From Hydrolagus affinis (lineage: Eukaryota), in NCBI GenBank assembly GCA_012026655.1, contig JAAILG010000815.1, positions 1 to 64,000 on the forward strand: DNA of 64,000 nt. The letters are read 5' to 3'. Below, in pieces: positions 50,196 through 63,600 of the stretch. The notes beneath the pieces were generated by a model. It saw only the letters and a list, made by a program, of their open reading frames with translations. It had not been told where the DNA came from and ran no database searches. The position numbers and the translations under genes are program-made. Each line of letters opens with the position of its first letter. The first letter of the stretch is position 1.

Positions 50196-51096
50196 GTATG
50201 CACTACTTGCTGTTGATAATTTTAAAAAATATCTATTTATCGTGAAATAAGAATGAGTAGGAAAGGGAATTAGTTGGGTCTATGCGCCCTTTGCTAACCA
50301 TTTCATAGCATCTACAGTGCAATTTATAAAGTAATGACCTTGACTGAAAATTGTACTTGGGTATTTAGTTTTCCAGCACCTTGGGATGTCCTCCTGACAT
50401 GAAAGGCGCTATCCAAGTATCATTTTGTTGTTGTTGTTTTATACAGTATTTGATTGGCCAAGAACCAAGGATTTAAACATCTCAGAATTGTTTTTAATTT
50501 GGACTTTATATTCTGTGCCTCTGATCTGTACCGATATATAATTCTATTGCGTCTCCCCCACATAATTAATACAACAATTATGGAATAGCACATGAATTAG
50601 TAGTTTTGTCACCAAACCTGCAAAGGACCCAAAAATAAAACATCTGTTATTTCTCAAGCCTGCGGAGAGTTGGATAGATCAAAAATCTTGATGCATCACT
50701 ACAGAAAACAGTGCTGATCCTCACAACTTCCCCGTGCAGTCAATGTTTTCAGATGTCTTGAAAGTTTTCTTTTTCTTACTCAGACTGAAGTCAAATTCCA
50801 ATCACAAGCTGAAGTTTATATTTATTGTGAGTTTTTAAAAAAAATCATATCCCAGTAAGTTTGTTTGGCATTCTGTTTCATCATTGAGCTGGAATAAAAA
50901 TCCATGGTAAATCGCACAGCTTGTTCATGTTAATTGAAATTTACAGGTAATTCAGGGTAGCCTCTGATGGCTCAGCGATGACACTGTGGATCATGACCAT
51001 ACAAGTAACATCCCTGCTCTGTACTGAGTTACCTTGGGGACGAGGTAGTGCTATATTTATCCTCACTGTTCACTCCTGTCTCTTTTATTTTCCCAG

Positions 51097-51190
51097 GGCC
51101 TCTGTGGTGATACCTGAAGACAAACTTTCCGAAATGTACAGTATTTTAAAGTCCATTCCTCAGCAGCAAATTGAAGATATGCAGAGACGG
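51097..51190 (+). CDS. EXT2: Exostosin-2 coding exon (human exon 7)
   Basis: [31 protein letters not shown]; 94 nt; tttcccag acceptor, CGG|GTAAGA donor. Confidence 0.98.
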
Positions 51191-52994
51191 GTAAGAAAAT
51201 GTAAATGCTTTCACTGAAGACTGTGCCAGTGAGTCTCTACGTGCCACAATACCAAGGAATGAGACTGTATTCCGTTTCTAAATTTAAAACGTATTTAGTT
51301 TAAAGTCAAGTTGCTGTCGCCCAATACTTGCTCAAGATTATGAATCACTGAAATCAATAAGGAACGCATACGCTTAAAGGGTTAAACATTGAGAATTGTA
51401 ATTGGAATGTACATGACTGAAAATATCCAGAGTAGTTGACTGTCTTCCGTTTAAAATAGTCTGAACAGGGTAATTACTCAAATTCCATTGTGACAGTAAT
51501 GCTTAAAAGGAAACTCTAACCGATCCATTCACATGCTACAAATGATGGCATCATTCGAAGAGCAAATTGATATTGCCCGGAGCTTGCTTGTCACACTCAG
51601 CCATTTTTCTCCATTAGTATTTTGCGTTGTACATTAAATGCTCTTGTTTATTTCATGCTGGAATTAACGTACATTGAAAATTAAAACATATTTTTAAAAC
51701 TGTTTGCGCCTGCAAACAACCAGCAATCAATTGAAAACTTTTGGGTGCCTGACAGAAGAACACTGCACTCTGTGCTGCCTGCGAAATGGATCATTAATGG
51801 TTACTTAAATGTGTCCGTGGAAATGACGTTTTCATGCATACATTGCAATCCTTTCAAACCTTAAAGTGCTGCTGAAGATTGTGCTAAAAGGGTTGAATGA
51901 AGTTTCTTCCTCTTGGAATGCACAACTGTGCCTCTTGTAGAACCGTTCTCCTCTTTGGATTATTCCTGTTCCCCCCGTGGATCACTAAGGAAAATAAGAC
52001 CAGGTGTAACATGGGCCCCTCTTCATGTTTGATTTGCCAGCTGTACATTGCTAGTTGTTTGGATATCTGTGATGGTGCTATCGGCAGCTGAGCATACTGT
52101 TGAGCATCCTGAGAGCTCACCAGAGTTGAGCTGGGCCAATGATAAAGCTGTCGTTCATTGACAGAAATCAGAGCTTACATCAGTGGGAGTTCATTTGTCA
52201 GTCAGACAAGGGCACAATCTTAACTCAAGGAATAAAGGACTTCTAAGGAGGAATTGAGAGCTTTCTTATTATTTTTTAAGCACGAGTAAAGACTGATGAG
52301 AACACCTCCTACAGAAAACAGTGAAGATTGACTGACTGATTGTAAACCTATTCCAGTTTGCACTGATGTTCCGTACAGATTAAGAATTATTTACGGAATT
52401 TAGCGGTATTTGCCTGACCCTTATTCTATTTCTCTTTGATTATACTTTTGTATTAAATGAAATAAGAATGACTACTTTTATAGGTTGTCTAATTTATTGA
52501 CTTTTTGGGGGGCACATTGTTGGCAGCTTTCCTTTGGGTAGAACTGTTCTCAGATACTTCATTATGGTGATTCGAAAAATGATCTTGTTTTGTTGTAATT
52601 GTTCTATTTAGTGTGTAAGTGCATTCCTTTGAGTTGGTTATTTTATACCTTTCCCATTGTCTACTTGGTGTAAGGGTATTAACCAGGAAAATATTGTCAT
52701 GTCCGTATGTGAACTCCGGTAAATCATGTATTTAGCGATTTTTGATTTGCTTCCAAATAACAAACCTGACTTCCTGCGAATACAATTGTGATAAAAAAAA
52801 TTTTTTTATTGATGTTGGTAACTGCTTCTATCACTTCAGTGCGAACTCAAGTGTTCCATATAATTTGTGCTCGAAAGTATGGAAGCATGCTATTTGTAAT
52901 TTAGAGATACACCCAATATTTGATTGAGGATAATAAGCATTGATTGTACTGGTTCGCTAGATGGACATAGTTGATGCAGATCCATCACTCAGAG

Positions 52995-53387
52995 GATTCA
53001 ATTCAAGATCCTAGGTCCTCAGCTTCAAAGATCTTCAGGTCCTTACCCCACTCAACCACCTGACCTCCCAACCAACCTGTCCCTCCACTCAGTGGCCCCC
53101 ACCTCCCCCAACCCACCTCCCCCAACCCACCCACCCCACCATCGGCAGGTGAACCATCAGCCACTCTCCCCCAACCTTTGGAATTCCATCCCGTAATCCC
53201 TCCACCTTGGCCCCTCCCTAGCCTGCTTCAAGTCCCGCCTCAAGACCCTCCTCTTCCGACCATGCCCCCTTTCCTCCACCTTCCCCGACCCCAGCTCCGG
53301 TCTGAAACACTGACTGTCCAGAGCCTTAAGATGTCCTCCCAACATGAAAGGCACTATATAAATATAATTTTGTTGTTGTTGTTGTTG
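52995..53387 (+). mobile_element. L2 3' end
   Basis: ccaccatcggc...tggaattccatccc...cttcaagtcccgcctcaagaccctcctcttc and tail gatgtcctcccaacatgaaaggcactatataaatataatttt(gtt)n; same family as 2736-3200. Confidence 0.85.
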
Positions 53388-55404
53388 TAACAATCTGTTA
53401 AAGAGCTCCCATAACAGACACCTCATTTCCTCGGACATTCCCATGTGCCTTTCATCTTGCGTTGTATGTGTATGAATAATATCTCCCTCTTAGCTCCCTT
53501 TGTTCTTGAAGACTGCGCATTGCACTCTGGTCAGAAGCTTGTGAGTATTTTTAAATAGGTTGTCTAGCTCATGCCCAGGCCACCCATAGTTGCGAATGCT
53601 GCAGTTTTCCTTTTTGCTGATTGAAATATATTGCCTTTCCTTGGACATTAGAGAGGGTCCAGCACTCAGAAACGGTTGGCAAGTTTGCACACAGGCATGT
53701 TTTAGTTCCACACGCACGAGTGTTCAGAATCATTACATGAAAATTGCTGTGATATAACATTGCAGCACAGCATTACCCAATGACTGGATTAGAGGCAAAC
53801 TGTTCAATGTGCAAAAATGTTTAACTGTGAGGCAATGGTTGTATGTACTTCATTTTGTGTTGGTCTTTGCCTTAAGTAGGCAGCGTAAAAATGTGTAGAA
53901 GACTGATAGAAATCCCCTACCCTTAATTTCTTCGCTTTGTAGAGATAAAACGCAGTACAAATAAAAATTCAGCATCTACTCTGCAGGTTAGCATGTCAGG
54001 CGGGGAAGAGTGCATTTATGCCTTGCCTCCTGGCTCATTAAAGTGTCTCTCACATAAATGGGATAGTTTTGAGAAAGGCCAGAAGCACATATATTAGATT
54101 CTTATATAAATTTGACGTCTGTAGCCATAATAATAATTTATTCTACATTTGACGACTTTTTGCAAAGGATTTTAAACTACATTTCTCCCCTCCCTTTTCC
54201 GCATGAAATCCATTGATCTGTTTAAATCTGTTTATGCACTGCCTCGTTCGTTCTCTTTCTAGTGCTTAGAAAGTGCCTGAAGAATCCTACTACAGTATTA
54301 CGTACTCCAGATTCCAAAGAGTAGATAGTAAACTAAACCATAATACAGTGCAATCCTATTGAAACTCGCTGGTTTGTTATCACACTAATATAGTGTAGAT
54401 TCCCATTCATCGTGCGTCCGTACAACTGATCACGACAGCCAGCAGACTTCCAACTTATTAGGCGGTCACCGATGCCGCTCTGTGACATAGAGTAAGTCAC
54501 ATTGGTGGCAACCTGCTGCCACTGAAGTTTGTCCATTTTTTCTCGAGCTTGAGAGTTGGCCAATGTAGGAAGCAAGCCCATTGCTACCCAACGTGACAGG
54601 CGCTGTGCAAGTGCAAGTTGTTGTTGACTATCGCCGCAGTGATGTAAGGTAGGTTGGGATTTTATGGACCCCGCAGAGTCTAATGAAGGAACACTGAATG
54701 AAGATCGGGAGTTAGAAACCAAGATAAAGAGAGAGAATATTTAATGGAAGCTGCAAACTGGCGATAATGCGTGCAATCAAAATGTAAAAGAGGATTGATA
54801 AAACTGAAGGGGATATGCAATATCCAAGTGGAAGTGTTTCATGTTAATGCCAATCTGTTGGTCATCCAGAACTAATTGGGAAGGACTGCTTAAAAGATGA
54901 ATAGTAAGAAATTGCAAGAATTTCTGTCTTTGACTGAAAACAGACCTTGCATGTCTGCAGGGATGATGTATTGCGTCCTGACAGTACTTCATAAATCCTC
55001 AAGTGGATTGCGCTTTGGAAAATGTTTTGGTCTTGAGTCAAAGTGTAGTAGTGTAATGCATTTATTATCGAACTGAGTTAGAAGTGTCCATTTCAAAAGA
55101 GGATGAAAAATGATTGGTATCTATCAGGCGCAGGCTATTTTTACCTCCTTGGGACATCTTGACAAGAGCATTTTGTGTTTCCACTTGCTTTGACTGTGAA
55201 ACATTCTGGTTGTATATTTACTTTATCACCGAATGGGTAATTTTGCAGCACAAGTCTAGCCAGAATTGAGTAAAGCTTTTATCACAACAACAAATAACCA
55301 GATCATGTTTGTTTATAAGATTCTTTTCATAATTTGAGTGTAACCAACACAAGTTTCCCGTAAGTAAAGTACTGTTAAGTAACTCCTGTTCCTACCCTTT
55401 AACT

Positions 55405-55567
55405 TAATAATACGTAATCTTTGCATTTGATATGGTGCTTTTCACACCTTCTAGACATCTCAAAGTGCCTCACAGAATATCACTATAAAGAAAATTGACT
55501 ATGTATTTTGTGGGCGAAACACGACAGCCAATTGCGCACAGCAGTGTCCCACAAACTGCTGTGGATT
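55405..55567 (-). mobile_element. SINE family A 3' fragment
   Basis: ttgcatttgatatggtgcttttcacaccttctagacatctcaaagtg...cagccaattgcgcacagcagtgtcccacaaac. Confidence 0.9.
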
Positions 55568-56329
55568 TGGTGATGAAATGATCGGACGATATTTCATGAA
55601 ATGTGTGTCTGAGACTATACAGGAACAGCCTCACCCTCTCACTTAATTAGATTATACAAAAGTGAAGTGTTGCCTGTGGGGCGATAATATATTCCATGGA
55701 TTCTAGTCTTTTGTTTGGGATAATTTGTGTTTGCATAATATTGCACAAAAAATCCACCAGATGTAATTAAATCTGAACAACATCTGGCTATTGCTTTGAA
55801 AGCTCCACAAGGAGAAAAAGTGTTGACTCAAAGAGGCTTCATGGTGCTTCTGTTGAAATTGCATCTCTTGAGGTTAGCGAAGAGTGCTTCTGTGAGTTTT
55901 GCATTGATCTGCCTCAACTCCTGAATGTCAGGAAATTTGAAAGCATATTCATGTGCTTGAAAAATACATTCCATCTTATTGCTGTTTTTGGCAACAGTAA
56001 ATTATAGAGATTGAGCGGTGGGGAAAAAAAACCTCCCTATTAAAACCCCCAAAAAGTAAGAAATGAGGGAGTGTGCAGTTGATATCTCCCAGTTTAGTTT
56101 CTCTCATGCATTCTTATCACCTATGATATAAAACATACCATCTGCCTGCCTCCTGTGTCTGGCTGTTATCCCATCCGCTTGGCTGATAAAGCCAGATAAA
56201 AACATCATCTGTAGGATGTCCTGTATGTTTAAAGTTGCAGATGTTAATGACTCAAGCGATCAGTTTAGCCGACGAGATTACTTTTTCATTAAAAAAGAAA
56301 ATTGCAGTAAATTGCAGATGTGAATGCTT

Positions 56330-56363
56330 TTATTGTCCAAATTATTGTCCAAATTATTGTCCA
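56330..56363. repeat. 12-bp tandem repeat (TTATTGTCCAAA, about 3 copies)
   Basis: Directly visible. Confidence 0.9.
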
Positions 56364-59300
56364 GGTTTACTGTTCTTAAAATTGCTTGTTTTGCAGTGCT
56401 CGTGAAGAGCTGCTAATTTAGAGCATAGATTTAAATACATCATGCATAGCAATTGGATCTTTTCTCATTGTATTGGTCTGACACATGCGGAAACCCATCG
56501 CTATGCTTAAGAGTATCCAAACCAAACAGAGTTCCATGCATCCCACCTATATGTAGAAATTCCAGAGATATGTATTGGAATGGAATGTGGATTCTCTCTC
56601 TCCTTGGAGGGGCACATCCTGGTTATCTCATTTCAGAGATTATTGGGCACAGGTTTTCAAGAGTTGAGTTTTGTGGACCATAGAATGTGTGTTATGGTAC
56701 ACTGCTCAAGTCCCCAACAAGCTAACACTACACGGCTTACCATTGAATGCACAGTCTGTCAAGTTTTTCCACTGCTTGTCAAGCGCTCTGGGACACTACG
56801 AAGCGTGAAGGGTACTATCTAAATGCACTTTGTTGTTCTTGTCGTAGAACCACATTACGTAGAACCCGTTGGGTTTTGATTTGCCTGTATGCATCAGTAG
56901 CTTTTTAACTTACATCATCGAGACGTCTTGAAGGCACTATGTCAACTGCAAGGATTATTATTATTATCCTAACCCGTGCAGTTCTTGTTGCAAAGTTTCC
57001 TTGCTTGTGTTATGTCAGAAAGTTGCAGAGATTTATCACAATTGCGCCTGGCTGATTTGAGTGCCAGGCAGTGCTAAGTTCTTGAGCCCTTGACTGCTGC
57101 AGGCACGGCAGGGCGTGAGTTATGGCAATATTGGGCTGCAAGAACCTAACCATATTTTATCCTTGCTTTACAAAACCAATCTCTCTTGATCAGATACTTT
57201 AGTTTTCAAAGGATTGTTCATTACCAATTGCAATATTAAAAGCACAGACGTAGTACAATTGTCGTGTTTGGTCGCCTTAAAGGAATAGTAAACAGCAGAT
57301 GATGTACTCCATCACCATAACTCAGAGTGATAGGAAAGCTGTAAAAGGATCCGTTATATGCTCTGCAAGTGGGCTCTCAAAACAGTTTTTTTATTGGGTA
57401 GTGGCTCCTGCTTTAGTAACCTTTAGACCTTACAGCACTCTGAGGTGCTAGAAAACACCTTGTTTTGCCTTTGAACTCTCCTTTGTGGCTGTTTAGTGAA
57501 AGCTTTGCAATTAAATCCGTATATTTTTCTTGGAATCCGCTCTGTTGTAAGGGAAGCTGATCTGAATCCTAAACAGTTGGCGTATTTAAAGATGATACCC
57601 TGGAGTTTTGAAACCTGTGGAGTCGAATTTCAAACTCTGCCCATCATGTGTCAGAAAATGACATTTCTTCGGTTCAAATTTGGCAAAATCCCCCAAAACC
57701 GAGCCTGAAAATTAGGTTTACTCTTTCAGAAATTTACCGTAAGTGCTGTGAATTTTATATGATATTAACTTCGCATTTTTCCAATTACAGTGTATGTATT
57801 CTATGTATACATAGAATTATGTATTCTAGCAGCTCTAATAAAAACAAAATGTGTGTATATATATTATATATATATTTTAAAAAGCTGTATTTCTGGCATT
57901 GAAACATCATCAGTATCTTTGGGGAACTGTACCTTTTTTATTCAAGTTCTCTGCCAGCATTCAGGCCCAGAAATACAGATTTTAGTTACATTTTTCACCA
58001 GTTTGTGTTAGCTAGAGGCAATGAATTATATCTGTTGATCCAGTTACAGTAATGTGGTTGATCTAATAGTTCAGAGGGTTTCAATGACAGATTTGTCTAT
58101 TGAATATTGCGATAAATACAAGTTACCAAATCTATATCAGCTGCAATACATCTGAGCTAGATTTTTTATTTACTGAACTGTTGTCTGTTGTAAATATTTC
58201 TTCTGAAAATATAGCTCAATAAGAAAATGGTTATTTTTTCATAGCAAAGCAAAAATTCTATTTGAAATCCAATATAGAAGTCACTCTGGAAATGTGTTTA
58301 AATTCCACATTAGGATGTATGAATGGGAAAGAGTTAAACCTAACTATTGTGGAAGCGAGTACAATGCACAATTTGTAATAATTATGTAGGGTGCCTTACT
58401 TTATAAAATCTGCCTCAGAGATAGGAGAAAAAGGCTAGTTTGCTATTGTTTTCTAACTGGAAAATGTACACCTCATCATGTATCAAATTTTATTGCAGGT
58501 GGATAAAGTTATCTACAGGATTTTAGCTGTGGGTGTATAGTTTTTACACACAGCCAACGTTGTCACTTTCCCTTCTCCTCCTTTGTTCTATGGGGGTACA
58601 GTTCCATAAGCATCTCAGCCAAGGCAGCACAATTTCTAAAGGGAAAAATAGAAAATATTCATACAGAATGGAATTTTGAAGTTTTGTGGTGACCAGAAAG
58701 TCTGAAATTTAGGAATGAGGCTGAATTCTTGAAAGGGCGCAGAGTGAATACTCCTACTTTGTCCTGTTATTTGCCTCTTCTCTTTTTTAAGCTTTTAGGG
58801 AGTTAGCTCCTTTCAAGCCCACAAATTCCTAAATGCTGAGAGTCAACAAATCATGAAATGGAAGATGCGAGGAACCCTTAATAAAGTTCAGCGGAATTGA
58901 GAATTCAACAATTAATTAGATCCTTGCTTTGTATCAAGACGCTGAGCATTTTGCCTCGATTCTGCAAACTATGTGGAGGAGGACATTAACAGGTTTCAGA
59001 TTGCTGCCAAGGAGAGTTCAGTTGGAAAAGATCAACGGCACAGTGGCTTCATTAAAAATCTGCAAAGGCTGACTGATGTCTAGTTCCTATTCTAACAGTG
59101 AAATCTAGAGCACAGACAATTGGAGATAGTTCAAGCACCAACGTCAAGTTGTAGAATTATCACTTACGTCCATATCTTTACGCACTTGAACTTGTAATAG
59201 ACATCTGCAAAACACAAACAAAACCTTGAGAATCTTGTGGTCAGAGACAAGCTGTATATTCTGCTATATTTACTTTATGGGTTTTTTCAAAAAAAAAGTC

Positions 59301-60796
59301 AACTCAGGTTGGCCATTGAAGTAAAACTTCAGGAAGATTTTTTTATGATCGTAAGTAAGTGGATCAAAATTTGCCATTTATTCATGTGTGCATTGGAGGG
59401 AGAATTAGGGGCACTTTCTTAGATTTGTATTAACTTTGACACTGAGGCGGGAAATGCATTTGAACTCAATCTTGTTCTTCTGCAGAATTGTGTTTGTATC
59501 GTTGAGGAAAATGTGGACATAATTGTTTTTCAGAATGTGAAATATTCCTCTGTTTGCAAAAATTAGGTCTCAATCAAGAGAAGCGTTATCAACTTTAGAT
59601 CACTGGGACTTTCAGATGCGATTTAAAACCTATCCTTGTAGGTCAACATGTGCAAAGAAGTCTAATGATTTATATAATATAAAATTCCTCATTAATGCCT
59701 TTTGCTCCCAGATTGTCAGACTCGGTGCCAGGAACCACAGTTGGCTGTCGATTGTTTAAGATATGCATCAGTAGTCCCCACCAGTTCATCAAAAGATTGT
59801 CTTGTAAAATAATCTCTCACCTTTTATAGGTTGAGTGTATACTATTCACTTTGGACAGAATTCCAATAATGGCTGATCCGCCGGGGATTTATGTAGTTAT
59901 ATTTTTCCGGCATTCACTCTAGGCACTAAGCCTCTCGTATTTCCTAAAGCCTGCGTAAGAAATGTGTCCCTGGGGAAATGCCTTAATAGTCTCCCACACC
60001 ACTGTTGGTTGAGACCGGAGACTATCCATTTGTTATCTCAAATTTATTGTCTCCCGAGAGAGATGTTTTAGGACACCATTGTTTAGGGCTCTGTTCTTTA
60101 AATATGCATTACACTGCGCAGATTTTTCTCTGTTGATATAATTGGAAACCAACCAGTATTCTTCATTGGCTATGCTTTCCTACTTTCCTACTTATTAGTG
60201 ATATGATTACATTCATATGGTAACGCAATTTAAACCCTTTGATAAGATTTTGTCCTTTAATTGGTGACAAATATAATTAATAGTATATAACACAGTTTTG
60301 TATTTGCAATTATCCTATTTGAAGTGATGATCCAAATAATGATGTGTCCAAAATCATTTGTGAGATAGCTTATGTTATACATGCTTAATTACTACAAAGG
60401 GGGTATAGTTGTTAGATGCTGGCAAACAAAGAAAACTTTCTTCTGATTTTTTGAAGCTTTCATGTTGTGCCAGCACAACTCAAGGTTCATATTAAATGTC
60501 ACTATCACTCTGCCCTGAAAGCATAACAGCTGTCAATGAGAAGGTGTTTCGACTCCTGCAGAACTCATTACATACAGGAAACTTGCTGTTTAATCTTAAA
60601 TGCTTTATCTCTACATTCTGGCAGAGATAAACCGTGCTTCCCCTCAGTGATAAGGTAAGAATTAAAAGCAAGGAATTAATTTGCATGATAGAAAAGCATT
60701 TACTTTCCGAATAAGTGTGTTTTTTGGGAACCTGGCTTTTCTATCGCAGAAACTAATCTAGCATAGATTGATTGTATTTTCTATCAGAGGAAATAT

Positions 60797-61115
60797 ATAA
60801 TAATAATCCTTGCATTTGATATAGCGCTTTTCATGTCTTCTAGACATCTCAAAGCACTTCACAGAATGTACTGTAAAGTTAATTGATTGTATATATGTTG
60901 GCAAAATGTGACAGCCAATTGCGCACAGCAGTGTCCCACAAACAGGCATGGATTGAAATGACCAATTTTATCATTGTGTTTTTTTTTGGAGGGGATTATT
61001 ATTAGGCGTGTGGAGTAAGGAAACTTGTTCAAGGTTTCGCCCTGACCTGCCTGGATTCAAACACAGGTTTCGTGCTTGTAAGGCAAGTGCTCTAATCACT
61101 GAGCTACAGGACTCC
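60797..61115 (-). mobile_element. Full-length tRNA-derived SINE (family A)
   Basis: Tail taataatccttgcatttgatatagcgc through head cactgagctacaggactcc. Confidence 0.93.
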
Positions 61116-61329
61116 ACGAGCTACAGGACTACTCTATGAAATAAAATTATTGCTCATACAGTGGAAAAATAGATCACAAATTTATACCCTTTAAATGATA
61201 GAAAAGTGAAAATATAAATGGCTTCTGTACACTAGGGGAAAAAAAACTTCTAAATGTAACAACAACAATAAAATTACAATTGTATAGCGTACTTTAATTA
61301 AACTTCAGTTAAAGGTCATCAGGGCCCTT

Positions 61330-61685
61330 GCTCTCGTTCTTCGTCCTCATCAGCACCTTCTCACCTCAGGTGCTGGTCACATCGGTTCTCACAGATGCAC
61401 ACTCCATCTCACAGACCCAGTGTGGAACCTCGTTGTCCTGTTAAACCCTCAACTGTCCTTTAAGCCTCTACTCATCGGCTTTCCCTCACCACTGCAACAT
61501 TGGCCGCCTCCACTACTTTATCTCCCCAGGCTGCCATTGTCATGTTCATGTTAATTATTTAAACCTTTTCAACCATGCTTTCCCTCTCACCTTCCCATCG
61601 CCAACTTATCTTCCTCAGCTCCCTCCAACCCTTGTCAGGACTCCCAGTTGGCTCTCTGAGATGCCCACAGATGTCTGCTGATGTG
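61330..61685 (+). mobile_element. L2 RT/3' region fragment
   Basis: gtgtggaacctcgttgtcctgttaaaccctcaactgtcctttaagcct = VWNLVVLLNPQLSFKP, resembling L2 VRNLGVxFDxxLSFxPH. Confidence 0.6.
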
Positions 61686-61989
61686 AAATACTTACCCAAG
61701 AAGTTTCTCAATCAAAGCAAAACATGTCTTGGTCTATATCTAATATTGAGTGTAGTCCTTGGATTGTTCACTTGGTTGTGTGATCTGCCTCACAAATATC
61801 CTTTGCAATTATTATAATGCCAAAATAAAAGTGTAGGCTAGATCTTTCCAAATGATTTAGAGCAATAGAGTAGACTTTATCACAGTATTTCAATTTAATC
61901 AGAAGGTAATTACAAGTAACCACTGCTTTAAAATAGTAACAGCAAAGTTTTTAAGTTTGATTTAAAAAAAACTTTTATTTTTATTGCAG

Positions 61990-62121
61990 GCAAGATGGTT
62001 CTGGGATGCTTACTTCAAATCAATGAAAGCAATTGCACTGGCGGCGCTACAAATCATCAATGACAGAATTTATCCATACGCGGCCAGATCTTATGAGGAT
62101 TGGAATGATCCAATTGCCGTG
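61990..62121 (+). CDS. EXT2: Exostosin-2 coding exon (human exon 8); gene continues past the window
   Basis: [44 protein letters not shown]; 132 nt; ttgcag acceptor, GTG|GTGAGT donor. Confidence 0.98.
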
Positions 62122-63295
62122 GTGAGTATATGGTGCCCAGACTTTGGAAGCATGGGTCATTAATTTGTCACATCCTTCTCTTTGAGTGCTCATCCTCCTG
62201 GAACCAGCATCTCCTGTCTCGTCTCACAGTAAAAGGTTTGCTGAACCTTTATTTTCCTAGCGAGTGTGTTTATCTGAGAATCCCTAATTCTCTCACTTGA
62301 ACTCTGTAAGTTAATTAAAATCAGGTTCCCCTATGGGGCTCAGACAGTAGTTTGCCACTACTTGTCTTAATGATGTGATTGGCAGTTAACAATGGCTCAT
62401 TCCCTCATGCAACGAGCACACTAATCGTATATCTTTAGCTGTTGCCTGTCTGCAGATGAGGCTTGTTTAGTGAGATGCATCTTTGACTTAACCCCTTTGC
62501 TTCCCAACCTTTCTGAAAATTTGAACAGGTTTCGTCATTGGAAACCTATTAATATTTTTCAAAAGATTTGGAAGTAAAAGGTAGGAGGAATAGACAGGAG
62601 TCAAGAAAATAGGCAGAGTTTAAAAGGAAAACTACTTAATGTTCACTGGACAATTGAAAGAAAAAGGAGGAAAAAAAATCTTCAGGAGAGGAAGTGTTGA
62701 AGGAGAGATTTCTTGGGAATAAAGGAGGGGGAAAAAAAGTCAAACTCGTTGATTTTCACTTGTTTCTTTTTTTAGTGCAAAGTATTTAGAAAATATTTCA
62801 GCTACACTCCCTGTTCCTCTCACATTGCTGCCTAGATTCATTGGCAGTAAGGTATGCCTGGATCTCCTGTGTATAAATATGTTTTTTTGTCCAGTTATTA
62901 TTGAGAATGTTTTAATACTCAATTGTATTCTGTATGACTGTTTGGCTGCAGTTATTTGTATTAACGAACTGCTCAACAACAACAAAATTACACTTGTATA
63001 GCGCCTTTCATGTCAGGAGGACGTCCCCAGGCACTGGACAGCCTGTAGCCAAATTCAAGGGCATTCCTTGCAGTAATCATTGTCAACTTGAATTTCCTCT
63101 GAGGTCAGTCTCTGGTTAGAAAATGTTCGCTTTTCAAAAGATATTTGTTTTGAAAAATATTTGAAACCTTCTCTGGTGGGGAGCAGTGCATTTTTCTTTA
63201 AAACAAAGAATAAGGTTATTTTAGACTTCAAGCCGTAATGTATAGTCGTATGTTGAATAAGATTTCACCACTATATCTATAGCTCAAAATGTATC

Positions 63296-63600
63296 AATAA
63301 ATAATCCTTGCATTTGATTTAGTGCCTTATCACATTGTCGAGATGTCTCAAAGGCTTCACAGTGTATACTGTAAACGCGATTGACTGTATTTTATGGCTG
63401 AAACACGGTAGCCAGTTCGCACATAGCAATGTTCCACAAACAGGCACGGAGCGAGTGAGTGACAATTTAAAAAAAATTGGGGAGATTGTTAGGATACCAG
63501 TAGAAACTCCTTTCTCTTTTTGAATTAGTGTCCTTGGATCTTTAAAGTTGTACAGGCCGAAAGGAACTCGGTTTGATGTCTCAACCGAAGGACGGCAAGG
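63296..63600 (-). mobile_element. SINE with a family A tail and a Deu-like upstream part
   Basis: Family A tail and body at 63296-63480, then ttggatcttta...ctcggtttgatgtctcaaccgaaggacggca (reverse Deu-like core). Confidence 0.7.

Noticed and set aside
235-63480. Regularly recurring ~50-nt motifs suggesting a CRISPR-like or dispersed array
   Set aside because: Irregular spacing, both orientations, variable 5' truncation and simple-repeat tails identify them as retroposon 3' ends
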